The notes beneath the pieces were generated by a model, which searched no databases, was not told where the DNA came from, and saw nothing but the letters and a program-made list of their open reading frames with translations. 52,904 nucleotides of DNA from Candidatus Krumholzibacteriia bacterium (GTDB taxonomy: Bacteria; Krumholzibacteriota; Krumholzibacteriia; WVZY01): NCBI GenBank assembly GCA_046754105.1, contig JBHHVD010000006.1:1-52904 (forward strand), given 5' to 3'. Made by a program: the position numbers and the translations under genes. This document shows positions 10,129 through 18,839 of this stretch, in pieces; the stretch's first letter is position 1, and the number at the start of each line of letters is the position of its first letter.

Positions 10129-11478
10129 CTATTTTTTGGCGCCCCAATCGAATCCCTCGATGAATCGTGTGCCGACATCGCCCCCCTCGAAGCGGGGATC
10201 CTCCAGGATCGAGCGCTGGAACGAGAGCGTCGTTTCGACTCCCTCGACGACGCACTCCTCGAGCGCTCGTTTCATGCGCCCGATGGCTTCCTCGCGGGTG
10301 AGCCCGTGGCAGATGATCTTGGCGATCATCGAGTCGTAGTACGGTGAGATCTGGTAGCCCTGGTACACGTGCGAGTCCACACGCACACCCGCGCCACCGG
10401 GCAGGTGAAAAAAGGAGATGGTGCCCGGCGAGGGCATGAAATCCTGGGCGGGATCCTCGGCGTTGACCCGGCACTCGATGGCGTGCCCGGAAAAGCGAAT
10501 TTCTTCCTGACGGTATGACAGAGCATCCCCCGCGGCGATGGAGATCTGCTCGCGGATCAGGTCCCTGCCGGTGACCAGTTCGGTCACGGGGTGCTCGACC
10601 TGAATACGCGTATTCATCTCCATGAAGAAGAATTCGTCGCCCTGTACGAGGAACTCCATTGTGCCCGCCGAGTAGTACCCCATCGACTCCGCTCCCTTGA
10701 CCGCCGCGGCCAGGATCCGTTTGCGAATGCCGTTGTCGATCCCTTTGCACGGGGATTCCTCTATGAGTTTCTGGTGCCGCCTCTGTACGGAACAGTCGCG
10801 CTCACCAAGGTGGACAACCCGGCCTTCGCGATCGCCGAGAAGCTGGACCTCGACGTGTCGTGGGTTCGCCAAGTAGCGTTCCAGGTAGACTCGTGGATCA
10901 CCGAAGTTCCGTTCCGCTTCCGCGCTGGCGATGAGAATGCTGTTGGCCAGGCCGTCCGCGGTTTCCGCGACTCGCATGCCCTTTCCTCCCCCGCCGGCGG
11001 AGGCCTTGATCAGCACCGGGTATCCGATGGACTCCGCTGCCTTGATCGCCTCCTCTTCCGAGTCCACCGGCCCGTCCGAGCCCGGGATCACGGGCACGCC
11101 AGAGCCCGCCATCATCTGCTTGGCGGCCGACTTGTCCCCCATCTTCTGGATCGTCTCCGGTGCGGGCCCTATCCAGGTGATGTCACACGACTCCACCATT
11201 TCGGCGAACTCTGCATTCTCCGCCAGAAACCCGTAGCCCGGGTGCAGTGCGTCGGCACCGCTAATCTCGGCGGCGGAGAGAATTCGGTTGGGGTTGAGAT
11301 AACTCTCGCCCGGGGGGTGGGCTCCGATACATATCGCCTCGTCGGCGAACTTCACGTGGAGAGCATCCGCGTCGGCAACGCTGTGCACAGCGACGCTGGA
11401 GATTCCCAACTCCTTGCACGCCCGCACGAGCCTCAGCGCGATTTCCCCGCGGTTGGCAACCAGGATCTTTCGAAACAT
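10129..11478 (-). CDS. accC: Acetyl-CoA carboxylase biotin carboxylase subunit
   Basis: KILVANRGEIA, HPGYGFLAEN, GGGGKGMR, ERDCSVQRRHQK, EMNTRIQVEH, YYDSMIAK. Confidence 0.98.
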   Translation of the reverse strand: MFRKILVANRGEIALRLVRACKELGISSVAVHSVADADALHVKFADEAICIGAHPPGESYLNPNRILSAAEISGADALHPGYGFLAENAEFAEMVESCDITWIGPAPETIQKMGDKSAAKQMMAGSGVPVIPGSDGPVDSEEEAIKAAESIGYPVLIKASAGGGGKGMRVAETADGLANSILIASAEAERNFGDPRVYLERYLANPRHVEVQLLGDREGRVVHLGERDCSVQRRHQKLIEESPCKGIDNGIRKRILAAAVKGAESMGYYSAGTMEFLVQGDEFFFMEMNTRIQVEHPVTELVTGRDLIREQISIAAGDALSYRQEEIRFSGHAIECRVNAEDPAQDFMPSPGTISFFHLPGGAGVRVDSHVYQGYQISPYYDSMIAKIICHGLTREEAIGRMKRALEECVVEGVETTLSFQRSILEDPRFEGGDVGTRFIEGFDWGAKK

Positions 11479-11516
11479 GGCGGAAACGTATCACAGATGC
11501 CCGCGCCGTGAAACCC

Positions 11517-12647
11517 CTAGATTTCAGGCGTGCGGACGGTGTCGCCCTTTTCGAAATTCTCCCACGTCTTATCGGCCGTTGCGTGGATTCCCTTGAGTCG
11601 CAACGTCAGCTCGTGGGGGTTGGAGCTCGCACGGAGCGCGTCCTCCAACGTAATCTGTTTTTCCTGGTAGAGCTTCATCAGCGCCTGATCGAAGGTCTGC
11701 ATGTTGTGCTGGGTGACTCCCTCGCGCATCGCCTGCGCGATGAGGCCGGTTTTTTCCGGGTTGGTGACGCAATCTCGAATCGTCCCGGTCGTTACCATCA
11801 CCTCTACGGCCGGTACCATGCCGTCTCCTCCGGCATGCGGCAGCAGGCGCTGGCTGATTACCGCTTGCACCGTCGACGCCAGCAGGTAGCGGATTTCCTG
11901 GTGCTGGTGGGGGGGAAAGAACGAGATGACCCGGTGCACAGTCTGCATGGCGTCGATCGTGTGCAACGTGGTCAGGATCAAATGCCCCGTGTCCGCCGCC
12001 TTGAGCGCGATCTCCATGGTCTCCTTGTCACGAATCTCGCCGATCAGGATCACATCCGGGTCCTGGCGCAAAATGTGCCGGAGCGCCTCCTGATACGACG
12101 TCGTATCGCTGCCGACCTCGCGCTGGTTGATGATGCTCTTTTCGTCGCGGTGGAGGAACTCGATCGGGTCTTCGACACTGATCACGGCCGAATTCAGGGA
12201 GCGGTTGATGTGCTGGACCATCGCCGCCAGCGTGGTTGACTTGCCGCTACCGACGGTCCCGGTGACGATGATCATCCCCCTTGGGCGCAGCGCCAGATCG
12301 CCGATTACCGGCGGCAGGTGCAGCTCTTCCACCGTACGGATCTTTACTGGCACGTGCCGGAAGACCATGGCAATGGTGTTCCGCTGGACGTAGCAATTCG
12401 CACGGAACCGTGCAAGACCGGTCACGCCGAAGGCAAAATCGACCTCTTTGGTGTTTTCGAACCTCTCGCGCTGGATCGGCGTAAGGATCTGTTTTGCAAC
12501 CTCTTCCATGTCCTTTGGCGTGGGCGCGGGGTGGTTGAGACGCTGCAGGCGGCCGTTGAGCCTCACTACCGGCGGAATCCCCGGTTTGAGGTGCAAATCG
12601 GACGCGGCCAGCTGCACGAGCTCCTCGAGCAACACCTTGATGTTCAT
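11517..12647 (-). CDS. Type IV pilus retraction ATPase, PilT/PilU family paralog
   Basis: ASDLHLK, GTVGSGKSTT, EDPIEFLH, QREVGSDT, LRQDPDVILIGEIRD, TGHL, MQTFDQAL. The AIRNLIRE motif has diverged to TIRDCVTN. Confidence 0.93.
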   Translation of the reverse strand: MNIKVLLEELVQLAASDLHLKPGIPPVVRLNGRLQRLNHPAPTPKDMEEVAKQILTPIQRERFENTKEVDFAFGVTGLARFRANCYVQRNTIAMVFRHVPVKIRTVEELHLPPVIGDLALRPRGMIIVTGTVGSGKSTTLAAMVQHINRSLNSAVISVEDPIEFLHRDEKSIINQREVGSDTTSYQEALRHILRQDPDVILIGEIRDKETMEIALKAADTGHLILTTLHTIDAMQTVHRVISFFPPHQHQEIRYLLASTVQAVISQRLLPHAGGDGMVPAVEVMVTTGTIRDCVTNPEKTGLIAQAMREGVTQHNMQTFDQALMKLYQEKQITLEDALRASSNPHELTLRLKGIHATADKTWENFEKGDTVRTPEI

Positions 12648-12667
12648 TCTGTGGTCTCCTCGGTAAA

Positions 12668-13120
12668 CTATGCGGATTCAACGCGAAACAGAGCCTGCCC
12701 AAACTCCACCGGCTGGCCGTTCTCGACCAGCACTTCCCGAATCGTCCCATTGAACTCGGCCCCGATCTCGTTCATGAGCTTCATCGCCTCCACGATGCAA
12801 ACCGTCTGGCCCAACACCACGGGCTGACCGACGTCGGTGAACGGATCGGCATCCGGGGCGGGGGCCCTGTAGAAGGTTCCCACCATGGGTGACCGGATCT
12901 CTTTCAAGTTTGGTGCCAGTTTCTCGATGTGTGAGGGATTCTCGCCGGACGCGACCGCCTCCAGCGGGATGGGTTGGGAAAGCGGGACATCGGCGATGCC
13001 GGCGCCGGTCTGTTTCCCCTTGGCAATGCGAATTTTCTTCCGACCCTCGCAGATTTCGAGCTCGCTGATTTCGCTCTCTTCGACGAGTCGGATCAGTTCT
13101 TCGATCTCTTCTCTGCGCAC
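12668..13120 (-). CDS. accB: Biotin carboxyl carrier protein
   Basis: [11 protein letters not shown] and EAMKLMNEI biotinyl-lysine motif; GTG start with GGAGGAG SD. Confidence 0.97.
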   Translation of the reverse strand: MRREEIEELIRLVEESEISELEICEGRKKIRIAKGKQTGAGIADVPLSQPIPLEAVASGENPSHIEKLAPNLKEIRSPMVGTFYRAPAPDADPFTDVGQPVVLGQTVCIVEAMKLMNEIGAEFNGTIREVLVENGQPVEFGQALFRVESA

Positions 13121-13137
13121 TGGCGTCTCCTCCGTCG

Positions 13138-13695
13138 TCAGACCCGGGTCATGTACTTGCCGGTCCGCGTGTCGATGCGGAGCACGTCCCCGACATCGAT
13201 GAAGAGCGGCACGTTTACGACCAGGCCCGTTTCCATCGTCGCCGGTTTCGACCCGCCCTGCGCGGTATCGCCCCGCACACCGGGTTGGGTTTCCTTGACA
13301 CTCAGCTCTACAAAATTGGGAAACTCCACCAGCAACGGCGTTTCCCCGTCGATCAGAATGTCGACATCCATGTTTTCCTTGAGGTATCCTCGCCTGTCCT
13401 CGAGCATCGATTCGGCCAACGGGATCTGCTCGTACGTCGTCTTGTGCATCATGTAATACATGCCGCCAGACTCGTAAAGGTACTGGTAAGATCGTCTTTC
13501 TACCCGCACCTCATCCACTTTTTCGCCTGCACGAAAGGTATTGTCCTTCACCTGTCCCGTCAAAAGGTTCTTGATCCGGGTACGGACGAACGCCCCGCCT
13601 TTGCCCGGTTTGACGTGCTGAAATTCCACGATCGACCAGTAGCCGCCATCCATTCTCATGATCATGCCGTTGCGAAAGTCGCTCGTATCCGCCAT
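13138..13695 (-). CDS. efp: Elongation factor P
   Basis: [41 protein letters not shown]. Confidence 0.98.
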   Translation of the reverse strand: MADTSDFRNGMIMRMDGGYWSIVEFQHVKPGKGGAFVRTRIKNLLTGQVKDNTFRAGEKVDEVRVERRSYQYLYESGGMYYMMHKTTYEQIPLAESMLEDRRGYLKENMDVDILIDGETPLLVEFPNFVELSVKETQPGVRGDTAQGGSKPATMETGLVVNVPLFIDVGDVLRIDTRTGKYMTRV

Positions 13696-13762
13696 CGGTT
13701 GCTCTCCCTTACCGCGTTGTCCGCCTCCGATCCGGGGGGCGTACCTCCCCGGCCAACTTGGT

Positions 13763-13791
13763 ATGGTAGGAATTCGTGAGAGGATTTACAA
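13763..13791 (-). promoter_or_regulatory. Putative sigma70 promoter for efp
   Basis: Minus strand TTGTAA-N17-TACCAT. Confidence 0.55.
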
Positions 13792-13814
13792 CGGAAATCC
13801 GGCGGTAACAAGCG

Positions 13815-15197
13815 TCAGTCTTTCATCTGCCTGAGCCACCGCTGGAAGTGACTCATACTTTCCTTTTCATCGATGGCACGTCTCGCGTGCTGGGAGGGAG
13901 CCGGTTCCCCGCCCTCCACGTCTCTCCGCTCGTCCGCTGCACGCGGTGCGTCCGCCCCCTGGGGGCCGGTAGCCCCGGAGTCGATCTCGCTGAACCCGAC
14001 CGGGGTATCCGTGGTTCGGGCTCCCGCTTGCGGGGGACGTGCGCGGCCCACCGCTTCGGGCTCCGCCGGCGCCTCGCGAGGGGGGGCCGCCTCCAGGTCT
14101 GGCGAATCCTGCGGCAGCAGGATGGCTCCGCGGTCGTCCATCGGTCCCGTCAACTCGACCGTCTCCCGTCCGTCCGCCTCGTCCCTGGCCGGGGCTGCGC
14201 CCCGCCCGTCCATTGCATTTCCGGAAAGGGTGGGGCGAACGGGCTCGCCGAGCCCGCCGCCGCCGAGTTCGATCACGCGGTCCCGCGCCGCGGCTGCCGC
14301 GCCGCCCGGGTCGGCCGTCCTGCCACCAAGATCGATCGCGTTGGGGTCGTCGGCTCCATCGAGGCCGGCGGCGCTCGGGCCGTCGGTTCCATCGGGGTCG
14401 GCGGCGCTGGGCTCGTCCGTCCCACCGTCGAGGTCGACGGCGCTCGGGTCGTCGATTTCAACGGCTTGTGCGTCCGGCATTTCAGCCCGGCCGACGCTGG
14501 CAACGGAGGGTTCGGTGTGCGGAATGTCGTTCGGGTCCCCGCCCAGGGATTTCAGCTTCTCCCGCACCACCCCGTTGCGGGGGTTCTTCTTCAGCAGCTC
14601 CTCACAGATCTTGACGGCCTTGTCATGGTACCCTTGTGCGGCGAAGATATCGGCCAGGGTTAACGTCGCCAGCTCGTCGGAGGTTTCGACCGCCGCCCCA
14701 GCCCCCGGCACGCCGGGTTCGTCGTCCGCCGCCGACCCCACCGCCGGCCGCGGCGTCACCGTATCGGAACTCATCTGCCTGTGTTCTTCCATAACGCGCA
14801 TTGTCTCCTTGATCGACTGGTTGTCGGGGTCCAAACGGAGGATGTGCTGGAAGTAGCCACGGGCCGAATCGTAGTCTCCCCGATTGGCCTCGATCATTCC
14901 CAGGTACTTGAGCGCGACCAGGTTGTTCTGGTCCAGGGTCAGGACTTTTTCGAACGCCCCGCGCGCGGTGTCATGATCGTCGAGGTCGTAGTGACACTTG
15001 CCCCGGACCACGTGCCCGCTCGCGTAGCGGGGATGCCGTTCGATACCCCTGCCGCAAATTTCGAGCGCCTCGTCGATGCGCCCCAGCTTGCGGCACGCAT
15101 CGGCCAGCAGCACGAATACGTAGCTGTTGGGGGATTTCCGGTATTTCTCGAAAAGCTCGTCGAGCCCCTGGATTTCGATGTCGGTAGCATCTTTCAT
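13815..15197 (-). CDS. TPR protein with long acidic disordered region
   Basis: N-terminal TPRs (FVLLADACRKLG..DEA..C..G..RHP.Y), internal TLTLADIFAAQG TPR, low-complexity tail ending FQRWLRQMK. Start set at ATG 15197. Confidence 0.8.
   Translation of the reverse strand: MKDATDIEIQGLDELFEKYRKSPNSYVFVLLADACRKLGRIDEALEICGRGIERHPRYASGHVVRGKCHYDLDDHDTARGAFEKVLTLDQNNLVALKYLGMIEANRGDYDSARGYFQHILRLDPDNQSIKETMRVMEEHRQMSSDTVTPRPAVGSAADDEPGVPGAGAAVETSDELATLTLADIFAAQGYHDKAVKICEELLKKNPRNGVVREKLKSLGGDPNDIPHTEPSVASVGRAEMPDAQAVEIDDPSAVDLDGGTDEPSAADPDGTDGPSAAGLDGADDPNAIDLGGRTADPGGAAAAARDRVIELGGGGLGEPVRPTLSGNAMDGRGAAPARDEADGRETVELTGPMDDRGAILLPQDSPDLEAAPPREAPAEPEAVGRARPPQAGARTTDTPVGFSEIDSGATGPQGADAPRAADERRDVEGGEPAPSQHARRAIDEKESMSHFQRWLRQMKD
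14322..14453 (-). repeat. Four degenerate 33-36 bp in-frame tandem repeats
   Basis: DDPSAVDLDGGT / DEPSAADPDGT / DGPSAAGLDGA / DDPNAIDLGG inside the TPR gene. Confidence 0.75.
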
Positions 15198-15381
15198 GGA
15201 ACGTTTCGCTCCGGGCGCGCTGCCGGGAGGTTCCTGCCCATCTCCCTGCGACTGCCCACACCCGCCGCAGCGGATCCCCCCTCCAACGGGTATTCCATAA
15301 CCATTTGTCACCAGTCCAGTTCGCGATGCGGCAGGCGCACGATTCACCGATGAATGAGTACGATTCATTCCCGCCGGGAGA

Positions 15382-15397
15382 TGCACTTCTCGTGCCA
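15382..15397 (-). promoter_or_regulatory. Putative sigma54 (-24/-12) promoter upstream of the TPR gene
   Basis: Minus strand TGGCACGAGAAGTGCA versus consensus TGGCACG-N4-TTGCW; GG and GC exactly spaced. Confidence 0.7.
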
Positions 15398-15435
15398 ATC
15401 CGGCGCGCGCTCCCGGCACCCCCGAGTCACCGGAC

Positions 15436-16464
15436 CTAGTTATAACGAAAGGTCTCGGCCAGCGCCAACAGCTCCCGAAAATGCGGGTGTTTCGGGAGAC
15501 CGGGCGCGTAGACGAGCAGGTCTACGACCCACAACAACTTTTCCCTCTCGTCGTAGACAAAGTATGACTCGAAGTAACCGCCGGCGACCGAGCGCGAGTT
15601 GCTCCAATACCCCTCCATCTTCACCGCCGGATTGTCCCCGAGCCGGCCGTTCGAGAAGCGGACCCGCGTCGAATCCATCACGTCGCCGTCGTATCGCCGG
15701 TAGACGTATTCCCTGCGAATGTCGAAGAGCTCTTTCTCATGCTTTACCGTGGGCGTTGTGTCCCAGTCAAGCCAAAAGATTCCGAGGAGGCGCGGCGGCC
15801 CGTCGCGCATCAACTCGATGCCCGGCGGATCGGGCTCATCACTGAGCAAGGTGTAGAGGGTCGGCACCTTGATCGTGAACCCGTATTTCCGTTGCAGCTG
15901 CCGGGTGAGGTCGCTGTCCTTCTTGCCGAGCAAGTAGCCTCGCAGGCGCCTGCGGCAGCTCCGCTCCAGCGCCTCGTTGACCTCGTGTCCCCGTTCCCGC
16001 AGGACCTGCCGTATCATCTCCTCGGAGGAACCGGTGACGATGACGGTCACCTGTCCTTTGCCCGGCAGGTCTTCCTTCTTGAAGATGTTGGCTTTGCCGG
16101 CGATGGCTCTCTCCACCGCTTCCGGGCCCAGCAGGGATACGATATGGCCCCCTGTATGTGTTAGCGGGCTGGCCACGCCGCACAGAACGATGTTTTTGAA
16201 ATAGGGATTCGCCGTCAATTCGGAGCCGCGGATGTCCTGCACCTTGAATTGAACTTCCTCGCTGATGTAGTAATCGAGGCGGGTGGCCAGATGCCTGCGA
16301 ACGTCGCGGGCCAACGCACCACCGCGCCCGTCCTCGGTGACGACAAGCACCTCCGAGTAGGAGCCGGCGGGCGGAATATCGGTCTCGATGCACCCCGGCG
16401 TGGCGATCGCCGCTGCGAGCCACAGGGCGTGCAACGGTCGCGCGGTTCGCGGCAGAGCCTTCAT
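15436..16464 (-). CDS. DUF4837-like lipoprotein
   Basis: Signal peptide ending PGC, C-terminal EGYW..GGYF.SY..VYAPGLPK..FREL pattern. Start set at ATG 16464. Confidence 0.7.
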   Translation of the reverse strand: MKALPRTARPLHALWLAAAIATPGCIETDIPPAGSYSEVLVVTEDGRGGALARDVRRHLATRLDYYISEEVQFKVQDIRGSELTANPYFKNIVLCGVASPLTHTGGHIVSLLGPEAVERAIAGKANIFKKEDLPGKGQVTVIVTGSSEEMIRQVLRERGHEVNEALERSCRRRLRGYLLGKKDSDLTRQLQRKYGFTIKVPTLYTLLSDEPDPPGIELMRDGPPRLLGIFWLDWDTTPTVKHEKELFDIRREYVYRRYDGDVMDSTRVRFSNGRLGDNPAVKMEGYWSNSRSVAGGYFESYFVYDEREKLLWVVDLLVYAPGLPKHPHFRELLALAETFRYN

Positions 16465-16595
16465 AGTCAGAAGATACGACGGCGGTGCGTCACACCGCAA
16501 GAGGTTCGCGTCGGAGTTCCACAAAGAGTCAGGGCAGCACGGGGGGGGTGTTCGCAGCGGCCGACGGCGGCAACCGCCGACGGCGGTCGGCATCG

Positions 16596-17348
16596 CTACT
16601 CGTCGTGGACGCCGTGGTCGTGTTCTTCACCACAACGCTTACCGCACTCGCGGAGCTCTTCGTTTAAGAGATCAATCTGCTCCTTCATACTTCGCAGCCT
16701 GTGAGTTTCGGCAACGTCCCTGGCGGCGGACGCCATCAGCTGCCTCATCAGCGAATCGAGGTCCAGGGCCGGTCCCGTGTCCTGCTTCAGCGGGCCCGTA
16801 TCCATGCCACCGGCGCCAAGCCCGCCATCAGACGACACCACCACACGCCCCGCGCGGCCTGCCGCAGGCACAGGCGCATCGGAACCCTCCTTGCGGGCCA
16901 CGTCGGCTCGCTCGGGCTCTGCCTTCTTCGCTTCCGTTGACTGCGAACGCGGCAGCTGCGCGAGCCGCGACGCCGGATCCATACCGGCCGGCACGAAGGA
17001 TGACCTGGAGACAAAATACGTCGCGCCCATTACGACGATGAACGCCGACACCGCGCCCAGCGCAAAACGGCGGTTCCACGATCTCATCCAGTTGCGGTCC
17101 GCGCCCACGGGATCGGAGAGGGCGTTCCTTTCACGGGCGAGCCGCAGGCGCACTTTCCAGGTAAAACTATCGTCAGGTTCCGCGGGCTTCACCCGGTGCA
17201 ACAGGTCGAGACTGCGGGACAATCCAACGGACATCTCTTCACACGACTTGCACTCGCCGAGGTGCTGTTCAAGGGCAACGCGGTTTTGCTCATCGATCAC
17301 ACCGTCGATGAAATCGTATATCAGGCCTCTCGCGCGGCGGCACTTCAT
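16596..17348 (-). CDS. Zinc-binding (ZAS/zf-HC2) transmembrane anti-sigma factor
   Basis: MKC..(HLGECKSC) HxxxCxxC motif, one TM helix, directly after the ECF sigma gene; AGGAGG SD before ATG 17348. Confidence 0.88.
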   Translation of the reverse strand: MKCRRARGLIYDFIDGVIDEQNRVALEQHLGECKSCEEMSVGLSRSLDLLHRVKPAEPDDSFTWKVRLRLARERNALSDPVGADRNWMRSWNRRFALGAVSAFIVVMGATYFVSRSSFVPAGMDPASRLAQLPRSQSTEAKKAEPERADVARKEGSDAPVPAAGRAGRVVVSSDGGLGAGGMDTGPLKQDTGPALDLDSLMRQLMASAARDVAETHRLRSMKEQIDLLNEELRECGKRCGEEHDHGVHDE

Positions 17349-17361
17349 TAGACGTTTCCTC

Positions 17362-18012
17362 CTAGAAGTCGACACCTTTCTCCAGTAGCGGTTCGACCAG
17401 TTTTCTGAAATAGTTTCTCGCCCGATTGATCCTCGACCGTACCGTGCCGAGTTTCAGCCCGGTGACGGCTGCAATTTCCTCGTACGACAGCTGGTTCAAC
17501 TCACGCAATACGAAGCTCGTCCTGTATTTCTCCGGTATCCTTCCGATCGCGTCGTTGATAATCCCGCCCAGTTCCTTGTCGTTGAACTGATGATCCGGTT
17601 GCCGCGCGGGATCGATCAGGTCGATCGGCCGGCCCTCCTCGCTGTCCTCGCCACCCCGGCTCCACAACGACATGAATCGCGGTGCGCGCTTCTGCGAGCG
17701 AATCCGGTTTCTCACCAGGTTGGTGGCGATCGTATAGAGCCAGGTCGAGAACTTCGCTATCGTTTTGTATTTGCCCGCGTGTATGTACGCCTTGACGAAC
17801 GTCTCCTGCGCCAGCTCCTCGGCCTCGTCCCGGTCGCCAACCATGCGAAAGAGATAGTTGAACAGCCGCATCTTGAAGCGGTCCACCAGGATGTCAAAGC
17901 AATCGCTATGACCCCCGGCGACTTTGAGGATCAGTTCCTCGTCGCTGAGCTCCTTGAGCTTCGCCCGGTCCTTGAACGTGTCCGCGAACACATACTCCCT
18001 TTCGTCAGCCAT
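17362..18012 (-). CDS. ECF RNA polymerase sigma factor
   Basis: AEELAQETFVKAY, KFSTWLYTIATN, LSYEEIAAVTGLKLGTVRSRINRAR. Confidence 0.96.
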   Translation of the reverse strand: MADEREYVFADTFKDRAKLKELSDEELILKVAGGHSDCFDILVDRFKMRLFNYLFRMVGDRDEAEELAQETFVKAYIHAGKYKTIAKFSTWLYTIATNLVRNRIRSQKRAPRFMSLWSRGGEDSEEGRPIDLIDPARQPDHQFNDKELGGIINDAIGRIPEKYRTSFVLRELNQLSYEEIAAVTGLKLGTVRSRINRARNYFRKLVEPLLEKGVDF

Positions 18013-18013
18013 T

Positions 18014-18041
18014 TATACTCGCACCCGGGCACGAAAGTTCC
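18014..18041 (-). promoter_or_regulatory. Putative ECF-type autoregulatory promoter
   Basis: Minus strand GGAAC-N18-GTATA directly upstream of the ECF sigma gene. Confidence 0.55.
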
Positions 18042-18110
18042 AGCCGTGCCGGCGGCCTGTCGGCGCCGGGGGTCCCCACCGGGGAGACGTCTCTTGTATC
18101 GTATTTGTTA

Positions 18111-18839
18111 TTACATGTTTGCGGCGGTGATCTTGCAGCGCCACTCCCGTTCCCGCAGCCGTATTACGACCTGACGCAGCCGGTACGTGCCCTCGCTGCC
18201 CTCTTTCCAATCGTAGGTGACACGAAGTTCGTCCCGGCCCTCCTCCAACCGCAGCGGCCATTTGATTTCCCTGAGCTTGCGGTGGGCCGCCGCGAACACA
18301 ACGCTGAACTGCTCGCCGGACGCCTCGCCGGAAAACCGGATGTCCCCGTTCGAACAGGCGTCACGATTGAGGCCGGCAATGTCCCGGCAGTTCGGCGCTT
18401 TGCCGAGCGCCATGACGATGACCGCCTTGGGGTCGAAATCCATCCCCAGGTTCTCCCGCATGAACCGGGCGGCGTTCGACGACTCGTAAAACTCACCGCG
18501 TTCGCGGTCGAGAATACGCAGCGTGTCCGAAACGACGGAGAAGAAGAAATCCTCTCGCCGGCTCCCGAACAGCACGCTGCTCGCAAAATCCACGGAGATG
18601 TCACCGTCGGGCGTGGTCTCGATACGCGTCTTGCCGCGCACTCGGTACTGGTTGGCGTCTACGGTCACCGTGCCCTGCAGCGTTACAGGTACTTCGAATC
18701 CCGAGTATTCGAAGAGGGAGTCGAAGGCCGCACAAGTGGCGGGACGGCGGTCGTTCCATCCGCCGGACGCGCACCCCAAAACCAATGAGAGGAAGAAGAA
18801 AGCGGCGAAGAGGTGGAAAAGGGACCTGCGTTGGACCAT
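18111..18839 (-). CDS. DUF4292/LolB-like lipoprotein
   Basis: Lipobox VLGC, beta-rich sequence, starts immediately after the TPR gene stop. Confidence 0.55.
   Translation of the reverse strand: MVQRRSLFHLFAAFFFLSLVLGCASGGWNDRRPATCAAFDSLFEYSGFEVPVTLQGTVTVDANQYRVRGKTRIETTPDGDISVDFASSVLFGSRREDFFFSVVSDTLRILDRERGEFYESSNAARFMRENLGMDFDPKAVIVMALGKAPNCRDIAGLNRDACSNGDIRFSGEASGEQFSVVFAAAHRKLREIKWPLRLEEGRDELRVTYDWKEGSEGTYRLRQVVIRLREREWRCKITAANM

Noticed and set aside
16555..16595. GC-rich inverted/direct repeat after the anti-sigma gene, as a REP or CRISPR-like element
   Set aside because: Single short occurrence with no array and no U-tract; at most a weak hairpin.
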